From Macrostomum lignano (taxonomy: Eukaryota), in the NCBI GenBank assembly GCA_002269645.1, contig NIVC01002635.1, forward strand, positions 158,994 to 206,307: DNA of 47,314 nt. Direction: 5' to 3'. The position numbers and the translations under genes were made by a program. This document shows, in pieces, positions 1 to 14,480 of the stretch; positions within the stretch are counted from its first letter, which is position 1, and the number at the start of each line of letters is the position of its first letter. The notes under the pieces are model-generated. The model searched no databases. It was not told the DNA's origin and saw nothing but the letters and a program-made list of their open reading frames with translations.

Positions 1-270
1 TTTTATTGATCTGCTCCTATTTTTAGACAGGCTGGGGTGCGGAGGCTCAGCTATCAAATTCATAAACGACTGCCAAACGGCAGGTCTGGTGAGCTCAGTC
101 CCGATTTTAATTAATTAAACAACTAAGACCGGCGAGATTTTGGAAGGCGGGGTTTTATTGTGCAAGGCAGACAAATGGATCAGTGCTTCTGCTTTTGCTT
201 AAAACTAACATGCGCAATTGAGCAGTTTTTGACTGTTAGCAGAAAAAAGGAGTGTACTTGGTATATAAAA

Positions 271-1033
271 CTACTCTGCCACAATCTACCTACTCTACTT
301 ATCTACCCTACTCTACTCTACTCTACTCTACTCTATACTTCTCTACTTTACTCTACTCTACATTGCTCTACTCTAATCTACTCTACTCTACTCTACTCTA
401 CTCTACCTACTCTACTCTACTCTACTCTACTCTATACTTCTCTACTTTACTCTACTCTACATTGCTCTACTCTAATCTACTCTACTCTACTCTACTCTAC
501 TCTACCTACTCTACTCTACTCTACTCTACTCTAATCTACTCTACTCTACTCTACTCTACTCTACTCTACCCTACTCTACTCTACCTACTCTACTCTACTC
601 TACTCTACTCTTCTCTACTCTACTCTACTCTACTCTACTCTACTCTACCCTACTCTACTCTACTCTACTTACTCTACTCTACTCTACCCTACTCTACTCT
701 ACTCTACTCTACCCTACTCTACTCTACTCTACTCTACTCTACTCTACCCTACTCTACTCTACTCTACTCTACTCTACTCTACCCTACTCTACTCTACTCT
801 ACTCTACCCTACTCTACTCTACTCTACTCTACTCTACTCTACTCTACTCTACTCTACTCTACCCTACTCTACTCTACTCTACTCTACCTACTCTACTCTA
901 CTCTACCCTACTCTACTCTACTCTACTCTACTCTACTCTACTCTACTCTACTCTACTCTACTCTACTCTACTCTACTCTACTCTACTCTACTCTACTCTA
1001 CTCTACTCTACTCTACTCTACTCTACTCTACTC
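271..1033. repeat. (CTACT)n pentanucleotide microsatellite with a duplicated 99-bp variant block at its left end
   Basis: Direct reading; marker ATACTTCT recurs at 335 and 434. Confidence 0.95.
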
Positions 1034-1592
1034 CAACCCCTCGGTAGTCAATTTTTTCTCGCCCTCTTTTTAAAACGAAAATCTCTCATTTTAAGTAGCT
1101 TTCGCCTCCCTTTTCGATTCTGCTGAAATGCCTTCAACATTCACGGCTAATCCCTCAACTTAAGAGTCAGCTGGCCTAAAAAAAAGTTGTTGACAATTAC
1201 AACACTTTTGTCTCTCTCTACCTAAGGCGAGGCGGAGCGTATTAAAAAAATCTGTCCCGTACAATCGAATAAAGAGACAGAATTATGGAATATATGATTA
1301 TTTTCGCACCGAGGCTCACAAAGAGACACGAGTTGAATAGTGAATTGCCAAGTGGGGAAGGTTAAAATGAAAATGGCAATCAGAGTTGGCATTGAATTTC
1401 TGTGCTTCCCCCATTTCTTCCTCTGCACTGGGCTGGCTTTCCTCACAGATGTTTTATTGTAATATAAAAATGCTATAGAATATCCTGCTATTTCTCTGTG
1501 CTCATTTGGTTATGATTTGATTTTTGGCTAAGCCTGATTGGTATTGTCGCCGTTTGAGCAGATTTCTCATAGCTATGGCTTGGTTTTTCATG

Positions 1593-1910
1593 CTACTTTA
1601 CTCTGCCCTACTGTACTCTACTCTGCCCACTCTGCTCTACTCTGCCCACTCTGCTCTACTCTGCCCACTCTGCTCTACTCTGCCCCACTCTGCTCTACTC
1701 TACCCCACTCTACTCTACTCTGCCCACTCTGCTCTACTCTGCCCCACTCTGCTCTACTCTGCCCACTCTGCTCTACTCTGCCCACTCTGCTCTACTCTGC
1801 CCACTCTGCTCTACTCTGCCCACTCTGCTCTACTCTGCCCCACTCTGCTCTACTCTGCCCCACTCTGCTCTACTCTACCTTGCCCTACCCTTCCCTACTC
1901 TACTCTACCC
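1593..1910. repeat. 19-20-bp minisatellite (CACTCTGCTCTACTCTGCC)n, derived from CTACT-like pentamers
   Basis: Direct reading; grades into CTACT/CCCT pentamers at both edges. Confidence 0.9.
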
Positions 1911-2734
1911 CATATGAATCATATTCAACTCCATACTAGCTAAAGCATTAAAAAACCATTAAAAGAGAAGCACACGCACACACACACACGCCAAAGAAAA
2001 GAGAGCTATGCTCAGAGAGGAGAATTACCTATGCCCTAATGAAAGATGAATGCACAGTCCGGGAGCTGGACACAAAGTGACTAATTGATGTCCCTCCGAA
2101 TCTCAGCCAGGCTCCCCGGCCGAGCCGGTTGGAAAGAATCGGCCTGTATATCGAATAATTATCAAGTCACAGACGAGATTTAAATTCGTGGACCCTCCTG
2201 CAGATTTTATCTATTCTAATAACGTTATGCATACACTGGGACAGAAGGTTAAGACTAATTTGTCTTATTATTAAAACCTACTGACGTCTCTGCTCTAACT
2301 CTGTTCTCACCGACCCTACCAAACCTCGTCCGGAGTGTGACTCAGAGACAATTTTCTCATTTTAGGGAAGAAAGGAATTATCGATAGACTAGAGGAGAAA
2401 GGGGAAATCCCTCAAACAGATTCGTTCGTTCGACTTTTTCAAGCTCCATTTAGCGGTGTAGTCGGGACGCATTGCATTAATACCTGATATACCTTTGCAA
2501 TAGGCATTTTTTTCTTTTTCCCCGGCTCTGCAAGGAAATTAAGCAAAAGGGAAAGTGGGAGAACAGATATAATTCCCCCCCCCCTGTTCAGCAAGGCAGC
2601 GGGGCGTGCACGTGTGGGATGTGAAAATTGGCCCAGCAAAAGAAGCGCCGAGAAATCCCATGAGAGAGAAAGAGGGAAAGGCTTTGGCTGACTACGGAGT
2701 TGGGTGGTGGGATAAAATCCCCACCCAGGTGAGC

Positions 2735-2741
<7 letters not shown>

Positions 2742-2817
<76 letters not shown>

Positions 2818-2830
2818 GAGAGAGAGAGAG
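2742..2830. repeat. (GA)n microsatellite
   Basis: Direct reading. Confidence 0.97.
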
Positions 2831-3069
2831 CGGGAGCAAGTCACACGGTGTAATCCTCTCGTCCTCATCTGCTCCTCTGCTTCTTCTTTTTCACTCTCTG
2901 TTGCTTCTAGCGACGGATGCGACGAAGCGTCGGCGGCACAAGTGGCAAATAAATATTTCCGTAGGCATCAGTTTCTGCCGCTTTGGATTTCTGTGTGTAA
3001 AATAGCGGCAGGCGTCTCCTCTTCACACGTTCTACCCTTGCTTCGTTGCAAGCTTTTATTATTCTAAAG

Positions 3070-3770
3070 GGAGGGGCGTTATTTTAGGGGAGAAGCGTCA
3101 CTTTAAGGGAGAAGCGCCATTTTAGAGAAAGCGGGCCCATTTTAGGGAAAGGGCACCATTATAGGGTATGGGCGCCATTTTTAAGGGAGGAGCGCCATTT
3201 TAGGGGAAGGCGCATTTTTAGGGACAAGAGGCGCCATTTTAAGGAAGCACCAAGGGGCTTTAGCACCAAGGGGCGCCAGCACCAAGGGGCTTTAGCACCA
3301 AGGGGCTTTAGCACCAAGGGGCTTTAGCACCAAGGGGCTTTAGCACCAAGGGGCTTTAGCACCAAGGGGCGCCAGCACCAAGGGGCGCCAGCACCAAGGG
3401 GCTTTAGCACCAAGGGGCGCCAGCACCAAGGGGCGCCAGCACCAAGGGGCTTTAGCACCAAGGGGCGCCAGCACCAAGGGGCTTTAGCACCAAGGGCTTT
3501 AGCACCAAGGGGCGCCAGCACCAAGGGGCTTTAGCACCAAGGGGCTTTAGCACCAAGGGGCTTTAGCACCAAGGGGCTTTAGCACCAAGGGGCTTTAGCA
3601 CCAAGGGGCTTTAGCACCAAGGGGCTTTAGCACCAAGGGCGCCAGCACCAAGGGGCACCAGCACCAAGGGGCGCCAGCACCAAGGGGCGCCAGCACCAAG
3701 GGCGCCAGCACCAAGGGGCGCCAGCACCAAGGGGCGCCAGCACCAAGGGCGCCAGCACCAAGGGGCGCCA
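3070..3770. repeat. GC-rich composite repeat: degenerate TTTTAGGG..GCGCCA units (3070-3245), then 16-bp GCACCAAGGGGC(TTTA/GCCA) minisatellite (3247-3770)
   Basis: Direct reading; two 16-bp variants alternate. Confidence 0.9.
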
Positions 3771-4405
3771 TTCCCTTTGCCAGCCTATTGTGGGGGTAGG
3801 GGGTAGGTGGGGCCGCAGCCACCTTCCACATTGGCTATACGCCCGCCCGCGCCCGCTAGCTGCATTGAGGACGAAGCAGAAAATGTTGACTCATATTAAT
3901 TAGCCAAAAGATGCTACCTGGCAGATTATGGCCACGCTCCGGATTAGACCTTATACCTGACCAGCTGAAGTTGACCAGAAGCCAGAGCGGATTAGTATGC
4001 ATATATGAGATTAACTGCCAGACTGTCATCACGGGAAAAGATTGGAGAGAAGTGATAAAAACCGCATACTGGGAGGAATTCCTTTACTCAGCCAAACTCC
4101 CAGCCTCCTTCTTGATGACGTGGCACGCAGTGAAGCTCTTTCTTTGACAAAATTGCTTGCATAACCATTTTTGCAGAGGATTGTGGAGGGGTTGGGGCCG
4201 TTTCGCGTGCTGCCAGACTGACTGAGAATGGATGTCTGAGATGGACAGATGATCGTGGAGTCAGCAGGAGTCACAGTGAGTCCAGGCAAATAATGAGCGT
4301 TTTATTGGCTTGACTTGATTTCCCATATTCAATTCTGAGTGACTGCGGGAGGTCCGCCATGGGGTGCTTGCTCTTGGTGATGACGTGTGGTTATTTGCGC
4401 TGGTA

Positions 4406-5187
<782 letters not shown>

Positions 5188-5358
5188 CCATCTCCTTCTT
5201 CTCCACCTGTCTCACCCTGAAGTGGAATGCAATTTCTGCAACAAGGAAGCACAGTTGAGTTCCCCTGCTCTCAGCAGCCTCTCAGTGACTTTTAAGCTGC
5301 AGTGACCTGCTGTTGCAAAACCTCATCCCCATTACCAAGCCCTGTAAATCCAGTTTTT

Positions 5359-5619
5359 TTAATACAGCTTTCTCCATTTTGCCAGGAAACTGCAACAACG
5401 GCTATTCTGCTCAGCTGAGAGCCTGAGTGGACTCATCTGAATGCTGTAGAATTTTTTCCTGTCCACCGCGACCTCCTTAGCAACAGCTGTGAGCTGAGTC
5501 TCACCTCTCTGCTGACCTGGATGATTTGTTGGGGGGATTGGCTTCCCGTTCTGACTGCCTGAATTGGTTTTTGAGCTAAGCTGAAGCGCGTGAGTCGTGT
5601 ATGAGGCTTCGATTTGAGG
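5359..5619 (-). CDS. Candidate terminal exon (PQIEASYTTHALQLSSKTN...SAEQNSRCCSFLAKWRKLY*), 86 aa
   Basis: Acceptor TTTTAAAACAG| followed by 86 open codons and TAA. No homology recognised. Confidence 0.22.
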   Translation of the reverse strand, partial: PQIEASYTTHALQLSSKTNSGSQNGKPIPPTNHPGQQRGETQLTAVAKEVAVDRKKFYSIQMSPLRLSAEQNSRCCSFLAKWRKLY

Positions 5620-5682
5620 CTGTTTTAAAATGTGATTTTAGAATTTTCTTTGCAGTAGAAGTGCCAGGCATTTTTAGGAGTG

Positions 5683-6220
5683 ATTTCTAAGAAATGCTAG
5701 ACTAGTGACATTTCTAAGAAATGCGAGACTAGTGGCATTTCTAAGAAATGCTAGACTAGTGACATTTCTAAGAAATGCTAGACTAGTGACATTTCTAAGA
5801 AATGCTAGACTAGTGACTTTTCTAAGAAATGCTAGACTAGTGACATTTCTAAGAAATGCTAGACTAGTGACATTTCTAAGAAATACTAAACTAGTGACTT
5901 TTCTAAGAAATGCTAGACTAGTGACATTTCTAAGAAATGCTAGACTAGTGACATTTCTAAGAAATACTAGACTGGTGAAATTTCTAAGAAATGCTAGACT
6001 AGTGACATTTCTAAGAAATACTAGATTAGTTACATTTCTAAGAAATGCTAGACTAGTGAAACTTCTAAGAATTTGTTGGTTGTGAAGTTTCTAAGAATTG
6101 CTAGATGAGTTTTCTAGGAAATGCTTGACAACTGAATTTTTAATAAATACTCTAACTACGAGCGTAGTAGCATCTCTAAGAAATACAGGATCGATGACAT
6201 TTCTAAGAAATACTAGACGG
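5683..6220. repeat. 27-bp minisatellite ATTTCTAAGAAATGCTAGACTAGTGAC, decaying to the right after about 6075
   Basis: Direct reading; matches the 9-aa periodicity of ORF 5705-6085. Confidence 0.92.
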
Positions 6221-6679
6221 GTTAAGTTGGTAAAAAAATCCTCAAGAAGTCAACGAGTAAATTAGATATTTTAACACAGTTCAGAGAGTGCTCAATCTAG
6301 GTAAAATGTAGTAAAGGCGCATTATCTGTACTCCATCTGTTCCCAGCTAATCAAGCTAATGTGTTTTAATAAAAGTTGTCGTTAGAGTATTTCACGAAAG
6401 CAGAAGAAAGCTTTAAAGGAAAAAATATTTAGTTATAAGGCTTCACAAGTAGATTTAGGAGAGATTCTCCCTCACAATTTATATTGCTTCTTATTCCCTG
6501 TCCAACTCTCTCACTTAAAGGCGTTGAGTTGAAATCGGCGTTATTACGTCATCGCTCTAATGTGCGGCGATGCTAATGCGTTGGACAAGATGAAGGGGGT
6601 TTGTTTTGAGGACTGAGGTAAAGTGAAAAGTGGCCGAGGTTTGACTGGCCGTCATTTGGATTAAATTTCCTTGCTAAAC

Positions 6680-6900
6680 TTGTGGCGCAACTTGGTGCTC
6701 GGCGCCCTCTGGTGCTTGGCGCCCTCTGGTGCTCGGCGCCCTCTGGTGCTTGGCGCCCTCTGGTGCTTGGCGCCCTCTGGTGCTTTTGCTTGGCGCCTTC
6801 ACGATGTCATCCCCACTATGGCGCCACCACGATGGCGCCCCACAATGGCGCCTCCATGATGGCGCCCCCACGAAACAAAAAAATCCTGGCTACGCCCCGG
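6680..6900. repeat. 17-bp GGCGCCCTCTGGTGCTT repeats plus ATGGCGCC repeats; possible degenerate MITE
   Basis: Direct reading; right end CCTGGCTACGCCCC (6885-6898). Only a weak partner (GTGGCGCAAC near 6682) and no TSD found. Confidence 0.7.
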
Positions 6901-7660
6901 ACACCCTTTCTCCTCACCCTTATTGGGAATACTTAATTTGGGAAGATTTAAAAAGCAAAACAATACCTGGGCATTGCATTGCCTGGCGGGAGTCACGGGG
7001 AAAAATCCAGCAAAGTTTTTCAGCAGAAAGATGCCGCGCATCCATATATCTATAGAATTTGAGGATATACAACTACAGCCACCGCCAGGGCTTAAACCAA
7101 TTGTCAGTTGAGAAGCTTTCTCTCCAGCCTGAGTAGGGGGCTAGGAAATCTCAGGAACTTCGGTCGTCGCGGAAAGAGGAACGTATTTGAGAAAAGGGAG
7201 GAAGTGGCATTTTCAGTTAACTAACACGCCGGAGCCCACTTGCTGTTATAGGGGCAACTATCTAGCTATCTAGCCATCCTTATCTGACTCTATCTATCTT
7301 CTTTAACTTTGGAAATTGAATTTACTAAGTGGAGTAAACTGGTTTCCAGGGAGGGTGCTGAGTATAAATATTTGTATGTATATCTTATATATATATATAT
7401 ATACTAACACGTAGAACTATAGTTTTCGTGAAAAAAAATTGATTTTTCTGTCGAAATTCGCTAGATTGAGGTCAGTATGATAGGGTTGACAGTTTGAGAA
7501 GTAGTTTTGTCTATTTTAACCGTGAAGCCGTGTTTTCTACGTAAATACGAGCGTAAATATATCGATTTTTTACTAGGCGGGTATTAATTGACTGCAAAGT
7601 AATCGGTTAATTTTATCCCGGCTTTGATTCGAATAATTTCACACCAGATCCATGACTTTT

Positions 7661-8245
7661 GGGAATCCCTCGGTTGATTCAAGGGTTTACTTAGGGGAAT
7701 CCCTCGGTTGATTCACAGGTTTAATTAGGGGAATCCCTCAGTTGATTCAGGAGTTTAATTAGGGGAATCCCTCGGTTGATTCAAGGGTTTACTTAGGGGA
7801 ATCCCTCGGTTGATTCAAGGGTTTACTTAGGGGAATCCCTCGGTTGATTCAAGGGTTTACTTAGGGGAATCCCTCAGTTGATTCAAGGGTTTACTTAGGG
7901 GAATCCCTCGGTTGATTCAAGGGTTTACTTAGGGGAATCCCTCGGTTGATTCAAGGGTTTACTTAGGGGAATCCCTCGGTTGATTCACAGGTTTAATTAG
8001 GGGAATCCCTCAGTTGATTCAGGGTTTAATTAGGGGAATCCCTCAGTTGATTGAGGGTTTAATTAGTAGAATCCCTCAGTTGATTCAGGGGTTTAATTAG
8101 AGGAATCCCTCAGTTGATTCAGGGGTTTAATTTGGGAATCCCGCAGTTGATACAGGGTTTAATTAGGGAATCCCTCATTGATTCAGGGGTTTAATTTGAG
8201 GAATCGCAGTTGATCAGGGGTTTAATTAGGGGAATCCCTCATTAA
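7661..8245. repeat. 34-bp minisatellite GGGAATCCCTCGGTTGATTCAAGGGTTTACTTAG, decaying to the right
   Basis: Period measured as ATCCCT at 7801 and 7835. Confidence 0.93.
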
Positions 8246-10943
8246 TTCGCTGGGGGGGACAAACGACAAGTCCTTATACGCTAAAATCACTCAACGAAGC
8301 CGGCTCAATATTCTGGAATATGAATAAGGCAGTAAGTAGTTTCTTACCTTCCAAAGCGGAGGTTTTGCAGCTCAATTTGCTTCTAAAATTTGTGACTAAA
8401 ACAATGCGCTAGATGTACGTATTATTCGATTTCTCAAATCAGAATCTCGGAAAGAGGAAAGACAGAAGACGACGCGTGGTCTCGTCTTCAGAAAGGTAAT
8501 GAGGATGAAATTTTATAGGTAGCTAGACCAGAGAGAGAGAGTGTGAGAGACGGGAGATGAGATTTCAGAGTGGTCGACTTGCGTCTTTGGGGTGTATTTT
8601 AGAGGGGCAGTAGCCTATTGCGCCTGGGCGGTCACTACACATGGCTCATTGCAAACGGTGATTGGGGATTGGGAGGCCAAGGTTTGCCGTGCTGCTATTG
8701 GCTGGCTCCAAGCACATACAGCTACCTGATTCTGCATCCGTCTTTTCTTTTTTGACTTTTTGTAGCTTCTTGCCGACATCACTGCTAAGAGTTAAGAGCT
8801 GCGTTGTATGTTGAGCCACCGTCATGCGCAACTCTCTCTCTAGTCTGAGCCAAGGGGGGGGGGCTCAATACTTCAAAGAAGATTGTTTAGTTACACAACT
8901 GGGGTTTTTTGAAGTGTCCGTAAGTTTCTTTGAGGTAGCCCTGAGTTTCTTTGACACCTCAGGATATTTTAATAGCAATTTCAACAGTTAAATTTATACT
9001 ATCTGAATTTATTTTTGGGGTATGCAACAGGTAATTACTTTTAAGCAATTGTTTTCGAGCTATACTAAAGTGCATCTGTCCAAATGTAAAGCGATATCAT
9101 TCCTTATTGGGGCCATTCAGACAGACGTATAGATGTTAATGATTGTTGCTTGCTGTCAACGTTTCTTTTCTGTTCGCCCTGTTTAGTGCTTTGTGTCCAT
9201 TAGCTAGTAGATTTTTGTGCTGGATTAACTTTCATGCCGATCAATTCATTTGTACTCACAAGATTGTCTTTTTGCAAAAAACGAAATCATTTTTGCAGGG
9301 AGATACATGATAAAGGACAATAGTAGCTACGCTCGTATAGCCATTTGAATCTAGGTATGAGCTAGTTTATAAATGACGTTTGCAACGGTTTTTAATAATA
9401 TTGCTTGTCCAATATAACAGTGTTTTATTATTAAAATTTATTTGTAGAATACATAGGTTAATATATTTGTTATTACGAGTATTCATTTAACAAGAACAGA
9501 AAGAATAAACAAATATCGATAACGACAAAATAACCAAACGCGAATCAATAAAATTTTTGTAAAAATAACCAAAAAACTTAAAAAGCTTAGACTACTATCC
9601 TAAGCTTCAAATAGCTAGAGCTGAAAAGCAAATAATTATATATTTTATATTGAAATTATCAAGAACAATAAAAGAAAATAAATGCACTAGAGGAGAACAG
9701 TGGCACAAAAAATTAAAAAATAAATGAATAAGAACCGTAAAAAAGAGTTTTATGTCCACGATTCTCTATATGTGATTGATTTCAGCAAAAATGTCTCGAC
9801 CGATTTTCACGAAAATTGCGCACTTGTGTAGCGCCCGTACATGATTTACAATAAGTAGATACGGTAAATAACAGTAAATCACAATAATTAACAACCTGTA
9901 AAATTGACAAATAAATATTTTAATCAGCAATTAAATATTAATAATATAAATTAAAACCATAGCCCTAAATATTTTCTTTTTAGTTAATCCTAGCCGACTG
10001 GAAAATCGATTTTCTTTTTTTATAATCTATTCATTGATTGATATAATTTTAACTTTACTGTTGCCAAAAATTGAGGATATCTAATGTAGCTCGTAGCTTC
10101 ATAATGTACGAGTATTTATCAGCCAATTTATGCATGCGTGCTGTGCCTATATCTATAAGGAGTTATAAGGTGCTGTCAGACAAGTCAAGACGCACTGAGG
10201 GCCGGTTGGTAGAAGGCTGCAGAGAGGCTGCCCCTATGCAATGCTGAAGGCCAGACGGTTTTCATTATTCATCTGCATGGGCATAGCTGGGCTATGCAGC
10301 TCAGGCTTAGTTGCCTAGTCTCTATGCAGGCCTCGGCAATCCGGGGCGTCACGCACGTGAGGGGCCGTTTTATACCTCTCAGACCTGAAGTGTGTCCAAC
10401 CCTTAACCTACCTTGGCCCCGCATAGGCCACCAACCATCCACCTCCAAATATCTTGATTAATTGATTTGAAGACCGCGTGCATTGGCTCGTATGCGTGTA
10501 GCTATGCAATGGACTCATTGAAGCTGCAGTCAGTCAAATCTCCCATGCTCCCAGCTTCCCAGCCTAGCCAGTGAGTGTCTGAGTCTGTATCTAGCTATAC
10601 CTCCCCACTACTGCAACCCAAATCCCTTGAACTCACATCCCATCAAGGGACAAGTGTCAAACAACGCTGCAGAAAATCAGAGGCTCCTAAGGAAGCTTGG
10701 CTGACACCTTGAAGTCAAACAATGGATGAGTGACAGACTGACTGATTGATTGACAGTTAAATAAGTAAAACTAGCTGACAACATGTCATTGTTCACGCTA
10801 GGTTGCAAAAAATTTTTAACGGACTAAACCTACTAACCAGACTGACAGACTAACATGCCAGCCTGGCAATTAGAAAGTCAGGGCTGCTGTAGACCCTGTG
10901 TGAGCGTGCATGTGTATAAGTGGCTGTAAGTGGCAGTGGCTGT

Positions 10944-11510
10944 AAATAAGACACATCTTGATGTCACATAAGACACATATCTTGACGTCAAAAAAGACAC
11001 ATCTTGGCGTCAAATAAGACACATCTTAGCGTCAAATGAGACACATCTTGATGTCAAATGAGACACATCCTGATGTCAGATAAGACGCATCTTGATGTCA
11101 AATAAGACACATCGTGATGTCAAATAAGACACATCGTGATGTCAAATAAGACACATCTTGATGTCAACTAAGACACATCCTGATGTCAAATGACGTCAAA
11201 CGAGACACATCTTGGAGTCAACCGAGACACATCTTGGCGTCAACCGAGACACAGCTCGACGTCAAATAAGAAACATCTTGATGTCAAATGAGAAACATCT
11301 TGATGTCAAATGAGACACATCTTGACGTCAAATGAGACACATCTTGATGTCAAATGAGACACAGCTTGACGTCAAATGAGACAGATCCTGACTTCAAATG
11401 AGACACATATCAACTTCAAATAAGACACATCTTGACGTCACATAAGTCACATCTTGGCGTCACATAAGACACATCTTGGCGTTACTAAGACATATTGATG
11501 TCAAATGAAA
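10944..11510. repeat. 22-bp minisatellite AAGACACATCTTGATGTCAAAT
   Basis: Period measured as AATAAG at 11101 and 11123. Confidence 0.93.
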
Positions 11511-12067
11511 ATATGAGACAAAAGATGAGGCCCATCTTGACACCATACGGGATTCAAAGACACAATTTGGTCGCCTAAGAGGACTCTGCGTCCCCCATTA
11601 GTTTTCTTTATATGCAGCATAACTGCACTAAAATTCTGGAAATGCTCTCGATCTGTGTTCGACTACTCAAAGAAAGCCTGGACCAAGAAACACCGCTGGA
11701 GAGCACAGGAAGGCATCCATACTGTACTGTACAAGCTGCAGTTCCAGATGGAATAAAAAGCACAATTTGATTGATGCAGCCAGGTTCCGGCCGATTCGAA
11801 ATTCGAATTACTTCTGCATCCAAGTAAAGTCGTCTCATACGTGTATGTACGTTGACTAGCTAAAGAGAGTAAAAAGCATGTCAATGAGCATTTCGTTAAA
11901 AACTATTAATTACACCAGTCCCGTCTGTCTGCATGTCGACCAGTTTTTTTGTAAATGCTTCACTGGCTTGCACAAGATTATATTAACCAGCAAGCTTAGT
12001 GAGGCGGATTTGCATGTTTTTATTACTTTAGTCTCCGCTGCTTGTGGGCTGCTCACAATGTGCTTTT

Positions 12068-12076
12068 ACGTATAGA

Positions 12077-12103
<27 letters not shown>
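12068..12103. repeat. (CT)n microsatellite
   Basis: Direct reading. Confidence 0.9.
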
Positions 12104-12107
<4 letters not shown>

Positions 12108-12254
12108 ATGTGCCCACTTTAAAATTAGCTCTTAACGATTAAAATTAGCTCACAATAATTGTAATTAGGCTCAGAGAGCAAATTCTAATATTGGTGCACT
12201 TTCTAGGACTGTACTTGTATCTCCTCTATCTAACTACTTTCCCCAGCTTCTATA

Positions 12255-12700
12255 CTGTCTAGCCTCCCCCTCTATCCGCTGTCTACCCTCCACCTCTATC
12301 CTCTGTCTTCCCTCCCCTTCTATCTTCTGTCTACTCCCCCCCTCAATCCGCTGTCTACCCTCCCCTTCTATCTTCTGTCTACCCTTTCTCTCTATCTTCT
12401 GTCTACTCTCCCCTCTATCCGCTGTCTACCCTTCCCTCCTTCCGCTGTCTACCCTCCCCTTCTATCTTCTGTCTACTCTCCCCCTCAATCCGCTGTCTAC
12501 CCTCCCCTTCTATCTTGTCTACCCTCCCCCTCAATCCTCTGTCTACCCTCCCCTTCTATCTTGTCTACTCTCCCCCTCAATCCTCTGTCTACCCTCCCTT
12601 CTATCCGCTGTCTACTCTCCCCTCAATCCGCTGTCTACTCTCCCCTCTATCCGCTGTCTACTCTCCTCTCTCTGTCCTTTGTCCACCCTCCCCTCTATCA
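12255..12700. repeat. Pyrimidine-rich minisatellite of about 24-26 bp (CTGTCTACCCTCCCCTTCTATCTT-like)
   Basis: Direct reading; variable units. Confidence 0.85.
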
Positions 12701-13058
12701 TAAAGTTTTAGAATTCTAGGGCACACTAGACAATGATTTAAAAAAGTCAAGTCTAAATTTTTATGACTTTATGATTTCTCGGTTTTCAGCCCAGAGATTT
12801 TACAGCTTTGCACTCAAATTTGAACAACGCATGCCAATTGATCTTTTCCTATACAGAGTTTTAATTTTCTCTTTTTACTTTGCCATTGTTTCACCATTGT
12901 TTTCAAAACAGAATTCGTCACGCACGCCAGCAGAACTCTGACAATAAACCATACTGACGGGCCAGACAGACGGGACTGTTTCTCAGAAAATTATGAAAAT
13001 GCAAATAATTCCTAAGTATGCATCATCTTTCAGGCTCTCCCAGACTCTTTCCACTTCT

Positions 13059-13543
<485 letters not shown>

Positions 13544-13722
13544 CACCTCTCACACACTAGAGCTGACTTTATTAGCAAATGAAAGCTGCCAGAAAAGTAT
13601 TTGAGACCGAAAGCCACTGCCTAAATAAATTTTGCTTACAGAGAAACTTGATACGCACTCAATGAGATTGAGACAGTGCAGTTACCGCAGCACACAACAG
13701 GTTTTCAACCTGCTCACTGCAG

Positions 13723-13796
13723 AGCAAGCAATGATGATGTTTTGGTTGAACTAAAAAAACTAGCGATCAAGTCTCTCAAGTTGATGGAGCCTATAG
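13723..13796 (+). CDS. Candidate 74-nt internal exon (ASNDDVLVELKKLAIKSLKLMEPI)
   Basis: Acceptor TTTTCAACCTGCTCACTGCAG|, donor ATAG|GTAAGG, open helical-looking frame. No family recognised. Confidence 0.25.
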
Positions 13797-14116
13797 GTAA
13801 GGAGTGGGAAGGAGGCTGGGTAACTATAGGCCTGTTATTGGGACATCAATTTTAATCAGATCGTCCCCGCTTGAGTCAGGCGGCCCGGCCCGTCTCCTCT
13901 CAAATGGCGCAGAGGAGAGGAAGAGGAGATGAGGGACCGCGATTTCCTCTAGGGGATTTTCGCTTCTTTCTTTTTCTTGCCCAGATTTCTCATGGCCGCG
14001 ATTCGTGGACGTCTTTATAATGGGATCTGGACTGGTAACCCGGCGCGCCACGCCAAAATATGATCAATGAAGCATCTTCAAAGGCTGTTGTAATAATTAT
14101 TTATTTAACTATTTTT

Positions 14117-14480
14117 GGCGCCCCTGCGGCTGAAATGGCGCCGCTGCGGCTGAAATGGCGCCACTGGGGCTGAAATGGCGCCACTGGGGCTGAAATGGCG
14201 CCACTGGTGCTGAAACGGCGCCCCTGGTGTTGAAATGGCGCCCCTGGAGCTGAAACAGCGCCCCTGGAGCTGAATTGGCGCCCCTGAAGCTGAAACGGCA
14301 CCCCTGGAGCTGAAATGGCGCCCCTGATGCTGAAATGGCGCCCCTGATGCTGAAATGGTCAAATGAAATGGCAACTCCCTAAGATAAAGTTGAGCCCCTT
14401 AATATGAAATGGCGCCCCTAAAATAAAATGTATCCCTAAAGTGAAAATGGCGCCCTCTAAAATGGAATGGCGCCATTCAG
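14117..14480. repeat. 20-bp minisatellite TGAAATGGCGCCCCTGGAGC, followed by degenerate AAATGGCGCC units
   Basis: Direct reading. Confidence 0.88.

Noticed and set aside
2930-2990. FICHLCRRRF on the minus strand resembling half a C2H2 zinc finger
   Set aside because: The His pair is missing and the frame is closed by stops on both sides.
9400-9940. Weak inverted similarity between AT-rich segments near 9400-9480 and 9860-9940
   Set aside because: Low complexity and no exact long match or TSD, so it cannot be separated from chance by eye.
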